The notes under the pieces were generated by a model. It ran no database searches. It was not told the origin of the DNA and worked only from the letters and a program-made list of their open reading frames with translations. Below, one piece after another: positions 49,399-61,988 of a stretch of DNA of 64,000 nucleotides. The position numbers were made by a program, and so were the translations under genes. Positions within the stretch are counted from its first letter, which is position 1. Each line of letters opens with the position of its first letter. This DNA comes from Octopus bimaculoides (taxonomy: Eukaryota), in assembly GCF_001194135.2 (NCBI RefSeq), contig NC_068990.1, positions 16,668,588 to 16,732,587 of the forward strand. Direction: 5' to 3'.

Positions 49399-49545
49399 GA
49401 AACATTGCTTCCAGCTGGCTATACAACACAATACCTGTGTCCTTATATTTTCGAATAGGGTGTCCAGCACCCCCATCCAGCACAAAGCAACAATGCAATT
49501 TAGAAAATGAAAACAAAAGAAAAAATGGATGGATGGTCAAAGTTG
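49399..49545 (+). CDS. Candidate 147-nt phase-1 exon (NIASSWLYNTIPVSLYFRIGCPAPPSSTKQQCNLENENKRKNGWMVKV)
   Basis: TTTAACTCCAG acceptor, TTG|GTATGC donor, 48 open codons, non-repetitive sequence; protein not recognised. Confidence 0.35.
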
Positions 49546-49824
49546 GTATGCTTTTAATCATAATTCTGGTTATTCAGTGCCAGTGTGGGTCTAAACTACA
49601 ATAACAACTATACCAAGAGAACAGAACATAGGTCTGTTTATTTGTGACATAGGATTTCCATATTCCTTATCTGTTCATAAGAATTAAATGATATTGAAAT
49701 ATGTGCTAATTTTAGCCCTTTTGGTACCAGTTTGCCTGACAATGCCTCAGGTTCCTGTTTGAAAATTATCTGAATTAAAACCTATTAAGATTTCATGTTA
49801 ATTTGTTCCAAACACCAGTTTTAA

Positions 49825-50040
49825 TCCTTTAACATTCAAGTGAGTCTGTTGGATGCAATACTTATTTATTCACATTGTTTTGAATTATTCATGCAATATT
49901 CCATAGCTTCAAGACTTTGATTATGTGATCGTTAGTTTTAGACTGAAGTTGTAGGATAAGGTATGAAAAGCCAGATCTGGCAGGTTTGAACATAAAACAG
50001 AATATTTTGGCTGGGTGTGGCCAGTTTAAAAGCTAAAAGG
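49825..50040. mobile_element. piggyBac-like MITE
   Basis: TTAA-TCCTTTAACATT ... AAGCTAAAAGG-TTAA. Confidence 0.7.
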
Positions 50041-50664
50041 TTAACATTGACAAATTTATTTCACAAAATTCTTTGTTATTTTCTAAATTAATCCAAATAA
50101 AGCGGAGTATTTCAACAGAAATATGGTAACAAAATGTTTGCTAGTATTCCATCTCATCTCAGTACTTTTGTTTTATTGTTAAGTTCTGAGTAGGGTTACT
50201 GAGCAGCCTCTAGGGATAATAAGTAAACTGTTTTGTGTTCTTTGTAGTTTTGCTGTGGGGAGAGACTCCAGTGGTTTCAGGGAGATTTGGTTACTTGTTT
50301 TAGCAAGTTGAGGAACTACATATACCTCTTCTTAGTACATTGTCCTAATGTAGTATTATCTGCAGATATTTTCATATCTTCTCTCTGAAATGCTTGCAGA
50401 CAGGTGTACAAACAGAATTGGCCACTGTGCCATGTATATATATATATATAGATATATATATATATATAATGTGTTATGTGTAATATTCATTATGTAATGC
50501 ATAATATTTCTATATTATAATAGCTTATGTAGTAAATGTTGTTTGNNNNNNNNNNNNNNNNNNNNNNNNNNNNNNNNNNNNNNNNNNNNNNNNNNNNNNN
50601 NNNNNNNNNNNNNNNNNNNNNNNNNNNNNNNNNNNNNNNNNNNNNNNNNNNNNNNNNNNNNNNN

Positions 50665-50695
<31 letters not shown>

Positions 50696-51249
50696 AACAG
50701 GTAATAGTCTTTTTGTAAATAAACAAATGAGGAATGTGTTCTATTTAAATTTATTTTAAGGGAATAAATATTATTCTTTTGAAAATTAATATTCATTTCT
50801 TTATTTTGTATAAAAGCACCAACAAATTTGATAAAAATTAAATTATAATCATTATTGTACGTCTACCATATTCCTTTATATTCCCCATGGTGGCAAAAGT
50901 ATAATTCTCTAAACTCGACCCATCATATGACAAGTAGCATTCTGGTTCATTATATAATGTACAATGTTCTACATGAGCATAACATTGGTTATGTAATGCA
51001 TAACATCACATAATCTGCAATATGCACTGTTCATTATGTAATGTGTAATTTTCATTTATGATATGTAATACTTCTTGTATAATCTGTAGTATTCTTTATG
51101 CAATGTGGAACATTTTCATGTAGTGTGTATTGCTTAAATATATGTTTATAATTTAGCATATAATGTTTATCATGCAATGTGTAATGTTCCTTAGGTAAAG
51201 TGAAATTTAAAGGTAACCTTCATTTGCCTTATCACAGTACTATCATAAA

Positions 51250-52010
51250 GCTATTTTTGCAGCTTTAGTAGGATCATTGCTGCCACACAATGCTCCACTG
51301 CACCCTGATGGTGACTGTAGCCAGTGGTGGACTGGGTCTAAAAATATTGGTTGCCAGGAGACTAAGGGGGCCCGTTTGCAACTACAATGCTATCATTTAT
51401 TTATTTTAAAAAAATTTTTTTTTTTGTTAAAAGTGTTCTTTTCAACTGTCTACAAACACAGCCAGATGTGGAATAATTAATGCATTCTTCCAGGAGTGAA
51501 TAGAAAAATCTCAGACTTGAGAGGATGGGCCCCTATATATGGATTCTAATGGTGCAGGGGCCCACTTGCCATCGGACAAGCTGGCAACCTGGCCGGTCCA
51601 CTACTGACTGTAGCTGTTGGTCTGTAACTGCTTATTCGTCAGACCTGTGTCTACTTATTTTGCAGCTGTCCTACATATCTGAGGGAACACTCCACCATCT
51701 GCCACCTGTGGATGTGCCCGGTACCTGTCAGCTCTGGTTCATGAAGATTGCGATTCATCAGACATATAATACGGCAACCAGAACACAGGCTACCACACAC
51801 TGCATTGACATGGACACCCGCTAGGAGCAAACGAGGGAGAGGAAGACCTCCCAAAATCTGGTGCAGTACTCTCTACAAGGACTTAACAGGAACTGCAATT
51901 GACCTGGACTGAAGCAAAAATGGCTGCAGCAGATTGCTGTTGGTGGAGACAACTCGTTGCCCAATGTTCCGTGAGGAACAGGAGGTAGTAAGGCTAAGAC
52001 TAAGAAGTAA
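51250..52010 (+). mobile_element. RTE LINE 3' end, split by a hAT MITE
   Basis: ALTWTPARSKRGRGRPPKIW...LTWTEAKMAAAD..WWRQLVAQCS..*, followed by a (TAAG)-type tail. Confidence 0.85.
51322..51606. mobile_element. hAT-type MITE
   Basis: TIRs CAGTGGTGGACTGG / CCGGTCCACTACTG; perfect 8-bp TSD ACTGTAGC. Confidence 0.92.
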
Positions 52011-52753
52011 GATGTATTGTCACATAAGGAGCAATGTTTCTTTTTAATGTGATAGTTTCATATAATGTGTGATGTTCCTGTGTAATACATCGTTCTTCAT
52101 ATCATGCGTAATGCTTCTCATGGAATGCATAAAATTCATGTGTAAATATTTCTCATGTAACATGTAATTGTTTCTCAGGAGTATGTACTTTAAACCAATA
52201 CTTGCACATCATTCTATATGCTAACATATATCACACACACACACACACACATCAACAACATCATCATCAACATCATTGCTGCCATTGTCTGAATGTTCGC
52301 TTTCCCATGCTTGTATCTCTCAGACAGAATTCTTTGAGGCAGATTTTTTTAATTCTGATGCCCTTCCTGTCACCAACCATCACCAGTTTCCAAGCAAGCT
52401 ATAGTATCTCCCTGTGGCTGGACATGGTTTCACAGAATATTGGAAATGTATGATTCTGCTTGTATGAGGGAGAGGCTTGCTTACAACTGTGATGCAGTGC
52501 CAAGATGAGGGGGAGAGAGAGGGAGGGAGAGAGAGAGAGAGAGAGAGACACACACACACACATACACACACAATGAGAGAGACTGCAAAAGCTTCTTTCA
52601 GGTTCCAACTACCAAATCCACAAGGCTTTGTTTGGTCAGCCTGAGGCTGTAGTGAAAGGCACTTGCCCAAGGTGCCACACAATGCGACCGACCCCTGAAC
52701 CATGTGGCTGGGAAGCAAACTTCTAACCACACAGCCATGCCCGAATACTTATC

Positions 52754-52794
<41 letters not shown>

Positions 52795-53010
52795 GTGTAT
52801 GAACTGAGCATATATAATATTGGTATCTCATAGTGGGCCCAAGGCTACAGATTCACAAATAAACAAATATAGTGAATCTAGCCAATTTATCCCAGCGGAA
52901 TGAAAATCAAAGCCAGCCATGAGGAGAGTTTGAACTCAGGATGTAGAAATAGAAAGTATTAAACAACTAAATACTGAGAGGTATTTAGTCTCTTCTTCTT
53001 CTTCTTCTTC

Positions 53011-53053
<43 letters not shown>

Positions 53054-53603
53054 CAATAACCTACACCCTGCTACCTACACAGAACAATACAGCAGGCCTC
53101 AGGTGCTCAAGTGCAGTATGAAAATAAAAACTGGTTTTAACTTTTCTTTAAAAGCTCTTTCTTTTATGCTGTAAATACCATCAAGCAATTCCTAAATGTC
53201 ATAGCATTCTGGTTTGCTGTCTGCTTATAAATGATATACCATAACTTTATGGAGAAAAATACAGTTCAGTCTTTATAAATGATATGTGTGTGTATAGTAT
53301 GTATAGTATGTATATGTGTGTGTGTATAGTATCTATATGTATGTATATATTTGTGTGTGCATGAATATGTATGCTTGCATGTGTAGTATGTATATGTATG
53401 CATATTTGTTTGAATATGTACGTATAATATATGTGTGTGTGTGTGTGTATCTATGTTATAACTTTTATGTATATATTTATAATAGTATTCATATCTTATA
53501 TTCACAATTTATCTAAATAATTATAGGTCTTCACATTTTATAGTCATAACTTAGCTATCTCTTTATTTATATAAATATGTGTGTGTGTGTATACGTTTGT
53601 GTA

Positions 53604-53662
<59 letters not shown>

Positions 53663-54166
53663 ACACATATATATACATATATATATAAATGGTGTGTATA
53701 TTTAATATATCATAGTTCTTTATATTCCATACACACAGTTTATCTATCTATTATATTATAATTCTTAATATCTTATTTTCACAATTTATCTCTCTATATA
53801 TTTTCATATCTACCTACCTACCATCCTCTATCCTTCCTTCCTTCCTTCCTTCCTTCCTTCCTTCCTTCCTTCACTTTATATATTAAAGTGATTGTATGTG
53901 TATTGAGAGTTAAAAAGCCACATTACGGCACTTAGAAATTTTTTATACAGCAGCATTTTCCCCCCCAAGGTGAAGGTCATATACTAAATAATTTCTTCTG
54001 AAATTTGTTGCTTTTTTTAATTTCTCAAGATAAAAACTGAAAATATTATCATATATCAGTGAGCTTTACAACAGACAATGGAAAAGTTACTGATTAGAAA
54101 AATTATTCATTTAGAATAATAATTATGGAAATTAATACAGATTTTTTTTTTTTGCTTTGTTAAAAA

Positions 54167-54193
54167 GAGCATGTTTACACTGAAAGTTTCAAA
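54167..54193 (+). CDS. Candidate 27-nt exon (phase 1: HVYTESFK)
   Basis: T-rich tract + AAAG acceptor; AAG|GTAAAA donor. Confidence 0.25.
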
Positions 54194-54461
54194 GGTAAAA
54201 TTGTGTTGTAGATTCTCTGTTTTTTTATTATTTTCTATGATTCCAATATACAGACATATATGTGGAACAATGTTTTTTCACATTCATTATGTAATTATGA
54301 AATGGAGTTTCAAAGCAATATTCATTGTATGTGAGATGTCATGCACTATATGTGTGTGTGTGTGTGTGTCTATATACACATATATAAACATACATGCACA
54401 CATACACACATATATATATATATATATATACAAACACACACACATATACATATGTATAATA

Positions 54462-54915
54462 TATGAGGTCTGACCAATAAGTATCCGGACTGTTGCCATA
54501 GTAACGAAGCTAAAGTATGCAGAGTGAAGCCACCTGGCACAGATTGATCTTGAATTCTACTGTGCATGTGCACTAAATTTTAACATTCTAGCTCACTTCT
54601 GCTGTTTACAGAAGTGCTTGGAAGGTAGGTGTGTAGTGTGTGATCATTGCATTGATCTTGACAGAGAAAGTTGTCATGGTGATATCTACTCAGAGGCCTA
54701 CGCTAAGTTGCAGAAAGTGTATGGAGAGGCATGTATGAGCTGCACACAAATGTATGAGTGGTTCAGACATTTCCAAGATGGCCGAGAAAATGTTGATATT
54801 GACGAACATTCTAGGAGACCCGCAACCAACAGAACTGAGAAAAACATGTCTGATTCAGTTCAGTCCATTATCACTGAAGATTTGGGTATGAGATGCATGT
54901 CTGCCAAGTTGGTGG
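54462..54915 (+). mobile_element. mariner 5' fragment with internal deletion
   Basis: TIR-like TATGAGGTCTGACCAATAAGTATCCGGAC; HTH peptide SEAYAKLQKVYGEACMSCTQMYEWFRHFQDGRENVD.DE.S.RP, then IITEDLGMRCMSAKLV. Confidence 0.85.
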
Positions 54916-55898
54916 TAATTAAACATCTTTATTGACCTGGTTGATTAAGTCAACACCCCCCCCCCCACACACACAGGCATGTCTTTTATCCTCTACTTGT
55001 TTCACTCATTNNNNNNNNNNCCCCCCCCCCCCCACACACACAGGCATGTCTTTTATCCTCTACTTGTTTCACTCATTAGACTGTGGCCATACTGGGGCAT
55101 AGGTTCAGGCATGGCTGTATGGTAAGAAGTTCGCTTCCCAACCATATAGTCCTGGTTTCAATGCCACTGCATAGCATCATGGGCCAGTGTCAACCCCTAT
55201 AGCCTCAGGCTGACCAAGTCTTGTAAGAGGATTTGGTAGATGGAAACTGAAAGAAGCCTGTCATAATATATATATATATATATTAATACCGATACAATGT
55301 ACATTGGTTTATATGTTTCTTTGTTGCAGTTTTATTAAAGTTAGTCTTTAATCCTGCCTATATATTGATTGATTGAAATAATGTGGTTATTAAGCTTTTA
55401 GTTTTATATTACTCTACAAAAGACGGTAGAGATTATAATTTTTGTATGACTTAATAGAGTTGTCACTGTTCAGTTATGTATTTAGGAGTGGTTGTAATTT
55501 ACTTATTGAATTTTTTTATTGATACTGTTGTACATAGGGTAAATGTGTTTGAAAGTTGTGGTTTCATTGGTATGTTTGTTCCCTAACAACACTTATTTTA
55601 GTGCTGTTGACACTGCCTGATTGACTGGTACTGCCCAGGTGTCGAAACCATAATGATATCCCTGGGGCAGCTGATGATGGAGGTTTGTTGGTATGGCTGT
55701 TTTGTATATGTGGAATAGTATTATTGGATTGTTGGTATGGCTGTGGAATAGTATTATAACACATCCTTTTGATATATATGTATTTGTGTGTGTGTTTTTC
55801 TCCCTGTAATTTAGTGGTTTAGCAAAAGCAACTAATAGAATAAGCACCAGGCTTAAAAATCAAATACTGAGATCAATCTGTTTGACTGAAATTCTTCA

Positions 55899-55982
55899 AG
55901 GCAGTGCCCCAGAATGGCAGTGCCCCAGCATGGCAGTGCCCCAGTATGGCAGTGCCCCAGCATGGCAGTGCCCCAGCATGGC
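55899..55982. repeat. 16-bp tandem repeat x5 (GGCAGTGCCCCAGCAT) inside a SINE tail
   Basis: Directly visible; unit matches the SINE tail motif GGTGCTCCAGCATGGC at ~2739. Confidence 0.95.
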
Positions 55983-56004
55983 TGCAGCCTAATGACTGAA
56001 ACAA

Positions 56005-56039
<35 letters not shown>

Positions 56040-57346
56040 TTATACACATTATATGTGTTTGTGGGTGTGTGGGTGTCTGTGTATGTGTGTAGAAGAGACA
56101 AAATTAGCAGTGACCACGATCACATCGTGAGCAGCTGCTATACTCCACTGTCACCAAACTGGTTGTGTTGAAAAGGTTCCAGGTAGAAATGTTGTCATGT
56201 AGGTAATATGTCAGCATTAATTTAGCAGGGATGTGTGGATGTGAGGGGGAATATGTTCTTAGGTAAACAGACACAATGAGATCCTGTACCACCCTAAAGG
56301 CAATATTTGTATGGAAATTTCAAATAAGAGGAACCAAATATAGATATTAGATTAAAGTCTCTTTCATCTTTGGAATCATGGAATCACGTTTATTGGTTCT
56401 TAATTCTACCTTGTATGGATTTAGTTAGCAGCAGCGGTGGCGGCGGTGGTGGTGGTGGTGGTTGATGGCAATAGAGAGGATCATGTTGAGGAATGTTGGT
56501 AGAGGAGGTAGAGGTGACCCATGTCAGTCCAATAGATTTATGCTCAAAGATATTCCGTCTTTGACCATCCTGACTTTTTTTGCTAAAGTATCTAGGACTA
56601 CATTAGCATTTTTGTTTTATTTGACTTTCTTTAAATCAGTAAGATGTAATTTGAGGAATATCTGACTGTTTTCTCTATCAGGTCAAGCAATAATTACAAA
56701 GTGGGTCCATCACTGGGGTCACTTCGTCTCACAACTACATTGAAACTTTCTCTCTTCCTTGTGATGTGGTTCAATTTTCTGATCAATGAGGTGAAGTGTG
56801 TGTGCATATGTGCGTGTGTGTGCATATGTGCATGTGTGTGCATATGTGCGTGTGTGTGTGTGCTTGTCTCCTAGCCTTGATGTTGTGTGGTGAAGGCACG
56901 TGGCTTAGTGGTTTGGGTATTTTGGCTCATGGTTGTCAGGTTATGAGTTTGATTCCTGGTGGAGTGTTGTGTCCTTGAGCAAGACCCTTTATTTTACGTT
57001 GTTCCAGTCCACTCAGCTGGCAAAAATTGGTCGTACTTGTAATTTAAAAGGACAGCCTTGTCACATTCTGAGTTTTAGAGTATGATGTCTGTGGAGTCCT
57101 CAGCCATTTGCAAGTTAATTTCACAAGCAGGCTATTCAATTGATCAGATCAACTGGAACCCTTGTCGTTGTAACTAATGGAGTACCAGTTGACATTGTGT
57201 AACAGTTGTAAATGAGTGTCACTGTCATACAAGCAGTGTCATTCATTTCCAGTATTTTGCAGAAACATGTCTGCTCAGGTTAGGGTTAGTGACTGGAAGA
57301 GCATTCAACTATAGAAAATCTGCTTCAATAAACTCCATCCAATACT

Positions 57347-57967
57347 TCTTCTTCTTGCCTTTAACCCTCCAACGTGGAGTATAGGCCAGTTATAATTGAG
57401 TTCCATGTCGCATAATTTCTCACTTCTGTACTTATACTCTGCCATGAATGTTCCCCCTTCTCTAGTTCCTTTTGTGTTGATCTACGCCACGAGTTCTTAG
57501 GCCTACCCCTCTTTCTATATCCATCCGGATTCTACTGTAAAGCACTTTTCACTGCATTTGGTGTGTCCTTTCTAATTGTGCAATCCACTTCCACTTTTTC
57601 TTAAATATTTGCTCTCTAATCGGAACTTGATTCATTCTTTGCCATAGCTCCATATTGCTTATGCGCTCGGGCCATCTGATTTTAAGTATACTATGCAAGC
57701 ACCTGTTGATGAATGATTGTATTTGCTTATTTGACTTAACTGTTGTTCTCCATGTCTCAACCCCATACAATAACACCGCTTTTACGTTTGTGTTAAAAAT
57801 TCTTATTTTGTTCTTTATTGAAATTACACTTGTGCTCCATACTTGCATGGAAATGGAGCTATGGATAAATTCGAAGTAAAAACAGGAGTTCGACAGGGCT
57901 GTATACTTTCTTCCTTTTTATTTCTACTAGTTATAGATTGGATTATGAAAGAAACTATGACTGAAAG
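57347..57967 (-). mobile_element. RTE LINE insertion with inverted 5' segment
   Basis: Minus part: KIRIFNTNVKAVLLYGVETW...RCLHSILKIRWP plus (GAA)n tail. Plus part: FEVKTGVRQGCILSSFLFLLVIDWIM. 12-bp TSD CCATCCAATACT at 57335-57346 and 57968-57979. Confidence 0.92.
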
Positions 57968-58712
57968 CCATCCAATACTGGCAATCATAAAAAAAAAACT
58001 GATGTTAAACACAATGTTGATGATGATACTATTTATTCTCTATTAGCAGAGAATAACTAAAATCACAAAAAAATGATCTTAGTCTTTGCATGTTTTTCCA
58101 ACTTCCACATGAAACAAGGTCATCATGCCATTTTATTTTTAACCTCTTTTTATTTCTGTTCTTTTTCAGAGGAATATAAACATTGACACAATCAGCCAAC
58201 CAGTAAATCAATCAATCACAACATAAATAATGTATAAACGAGGAAATTTCTAGGGGAGAAAATCATTGAATTTTACCTGTGAAACGCACACCAACATTTT
58301 TCAAAGAAAAATAAAAAATAAAAATCTCTGACACAGCCAGAAATATGTCTGAAGTAAGTGTTCCTTCATTGCCTACATATTTTACTCAGAAGCCATTTGG
58401 TTATAAAACTCTTCTCACCCTACTTTATAATGTGGCATGTTTTCCCTCCTTGCTGAGTTATCGTCTTTGTGTGAGTGTGTGTGTTTTTGTTTTTGATTTT
58501 AGTGTGTTTAGGTATTTCATGCAAAGTCTGATGGCATTGTTCTTTCTCCTCACCTTCTCTCTGTCTGTCTCCCTCCTCCTCTATCTCTGTCTCTCTGTTT
58601 TCTTCTGGCCCTCTCCTCTCTTCTTTTATGTTGCTTTCTGGTTCTGTTTCTATGGCATACACATGCTCTCACATGTATATATTGGTTTATGTCCATATCT
58701 GTGTGCATGGGT

Positions 58713-58743
<31 letters not shown>

Positions 58744-58811
58744 CATATATATATATTTGTGCATGAGTGTCAACTTTTAGTACAACTTTTTTTGTTTTCT
58801 CTATGAGCATA

Positions 58812-58854
<43 letters not shown>

Positions 58855-58988
58855 TATATGCATGCATTACACACACATACACATATATGTATATATATAT
58901 GTATATATACATATGTGTATATATATGTATATATATATGCATATATATATATGTGTGTGTGTATATATGTATATATATATATGTATAC

Positions 58989-59054
<66 letters not shown>

Positions 59055-59112
59055 ATATATGTGTGTGTGTGTGTACCTATGCATATTTACATATAAATGT
59101 ATGTAAGCACAT

Positions 59113-59151
<39 letters not shown>

Positions 59152-59654
59152 GTACATATATTATTACAGTCGGCAATTTGGCGGCAGGTTTTTCTTTGAG
59201 AAGATAAATGTTCTACAACACACATTATTACATAAGCCATCATTAGTAATGAAACCTGCAATAGCAAGTCCTTAGGACATTTTACTGCCACAACAAGGAA
59301 TACTTGTGGTGTCTGTGGAATATCTCATTAGCAACGGAACTTAAAATATTCTCTGGAAAACAAAGAAACGAAGCTGAAATATAAAAATCAATTATGATAA
59401 AATAAATCATTGATTATCTTTTGTATAGGCACACACACACACGCACATACTCACAAATATGCATATACATACATATACACATCATCATCATCATCATCAT
59501 CGTTTAACGTCCGCTTTCCATGCTAGCATGGGTTGGACGATTTGACTGAGGACTGGTGAAAGCCGATGGCTACACCAGGATCCAATCTGATTTGACACAC
59601 ATGAATATATATGCATACATACATACACATATGCATAAACACACACATCTACAT

Positions 59655-60010
59655 ACATATACACTCCAGCATTCCCTTCTCACTTCCTCTCACCCTCTCT
59701 CTCCTTACTTCCTCCAGTACGCAGCACTCCAGCACACTCTTCTCATTTCCTTCAGCATTCTCTGCTCTCCACCTCCAGCACTCTCTGCTCTCCAGCACTC
59801 TCTGCTCTCCAGCACTCCCTGCTCTCCACCTCCAGCACTCTCCTCTACCTCTAGCACTCTCTGCTCTCCAGCACTCTCTGCTCTCTAGCACTCTCTGCTC
59901 TCCACCTCCAGCACTCTCCTCTACCTCTAGCACTCTCTGCTCTCCAGCACTCTCTCCTCACTTCCTCCAGCGTTCTGCTCAATTCATCCAGCACTCCTCC
60001 TTTCCTCCAG
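59655..60010. repeat. Pyrimidine-rich minisatellite (17-bp core CCAGCACTCTCTGCTCT) with a 76-bp higher-order duplication
   Basis: CCACCTCCAGCACTCTCCTCTACC recurs at 59826 and 59902. Confidence 0.9.
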
Positions 60011-61953
60011 CATTCTCTTTGTCTCTCCATTATTTTCCTATCCACCAAATGTCTAATATTTCCAGAGGTTCAATACCCACTGATGCCAAATACCTCCAAT
60101 TGTATTGTATCAATAATTTTTCTTGACTCTTTCAAATTTCAACACTCTGTCCAAAATTCATTCCAAGCTCTGTAAACTCTTTCAGTTTGCACTGATCGGT
60201 TTGCAATCATCATGAACTTTTCCAACATTTGTGAAACTCTTCACATAGACTGTGAACCTCTCACATTTGTCTCAAATTTTTCTCATCCACATTAATCCAT
60301 TCAAACACCCTAAATTCTAGCCATTATCACGAAATCCTCTCAATTGATAAGAATTCATCTTAATGTTTTTGAGCTTTGATTTAACACTGCAAACTCTGAC
60401 CAAACATTGCAAAACCCTTTCCAAAGTTTGAGAACTTTGTCCATAACATTTCCAAACTCACTTCCTTACACAAATTCCTTCTTATAACTCTTCTCTCCCC
60501 AAACTCATCCTAAACAGCCTGACTCATCACAAAATATCCACAGCAATCACATGCTTGCCTCACTCTTCATACAGACTGCATCATTTACCTGCAGCTCATT
60601 ACATAAGCACTTCCAGGCTTCTTGACAAGTATTGACCTGTTGTAGATTTTTTGTAAACAAATGGATCATTCATATGGTGCTATTTGTTTCCAGTTCTCCA
60701 AATAAACCTGTCCATATTGTTCATTGCTCAATAGACTGGGGGAGGGGGTATTACTACTTCATTTGGAAACAAGTGGTGGGGTTAGCATCAGGAAGAGCAT
60801 CCAGCTGTAGAAACTCTGCTCCAGTGTAGTCTTGTTTGACACATGCAAGCATGGATGAATGTATTTTAAAATGAATAATAAGGTGGAGATGATGGGGATG
60901 TGTCCAGTAAGTCTGAAGGCCCAGCACCTTCAAAAGACCCAACAGCTTCACTCATCTTGAACTTGCAAGCTTCTCTAAAATCCAGTATTGGTTTTGAGAG
61001 CTTATATGTGACTACGTGACTTCCTAGAAAGAGTAGTCAAATCAAATGATATCCTACTAAATTAAAAATTAGAAAAGACACATTAGGTAATGTAGTTCAG
61101 GGTCAACAGTAAACTGTGAAAAGATGGGATGGCCATGGATAGAATACCTTTGATCAAAGATCCACTGAATGAGAGTCTGCCTGGTGCTAAACAACAATAG
61201 CAATGTGTCCAATCATGAGCCCAACAGGAGAGTGTCTATGTGGTCTCTTGATTTGCTAGAAATAGCACCCAGATGGTCATGGCTAGAAATATCTTTGATT
61301 ATTGAGTCCACTCAATCAGAGCAATCCTAGGGCTAAATAGCAGTAACAACAATAACAACAAAATAGAACTGAAAAACAAATAAACCATCCCTTCTTGACA
61401 ACCAACACCTACCTGAAGACAGTAAATAAACCCAAGTCATTTGGCTGTTTGACCTTCCCTTTCCCCCCTCCTCTCCAAATAGACTCTCCCTGAATGTTTG
61501 TTTAAACTATGGCAGAAATACTACTGCAAGGCGGTGTTAACCAAATAGACAGGTGACACCAAATACTTTGAATAATCTCAATCCCCCCTCTCCCTTACTC
61601 TCTCTCTCTCTCACTCTCTCTCTCTCTATATATGGACATGTATATATGTATATATATATATATGTTGTGGTGGTGGTGGTGGTGGTGCTGCTGCTGCTGT
61701 TTTTTATCTCGTTAATTAGCCAGCATTCCCCTCTTGCACCTTGCCAACAACTGGAGGAGCAGAAAAAAGAAAGAAAATGAAAAACAAGGAAAACGGATTG
61801 CAGAAAGGTTTAGAAGACAACTGGAAAACCACCACCTCCTCCTCCTCCTCCTCCTCCTCCTACTACTACTACTACTACTACTACAGACCAACATAAAATT
61901 ACCCCCACCCAAAGGTGAAATAAAACTGACGGTGTGTGTGTATGTACGCTTGA

Positions 61954-61988
<35 letters not shown>

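Noticed and set aside
54951-55078. ~55-bp direct duplication
   Set aside because: The copies flank a 10-N gap and begin in a C homopolymer; most likely overlapping contig ends.
58767-59291. Long ORFs such as 58770-59291, 8373-8795, 9877-10586 and those crossing N-runs
   Set aside because: They are translations of microsatellites, low-complexity tracts or gaps (YIYI, THTH, CVCV, X runs).
60690-60745. PTP-like PVHIVHCSIDWGRG peptide
   Set aside because: Does not fit the HCxxGxxR signature; isolated, with a weak donor.
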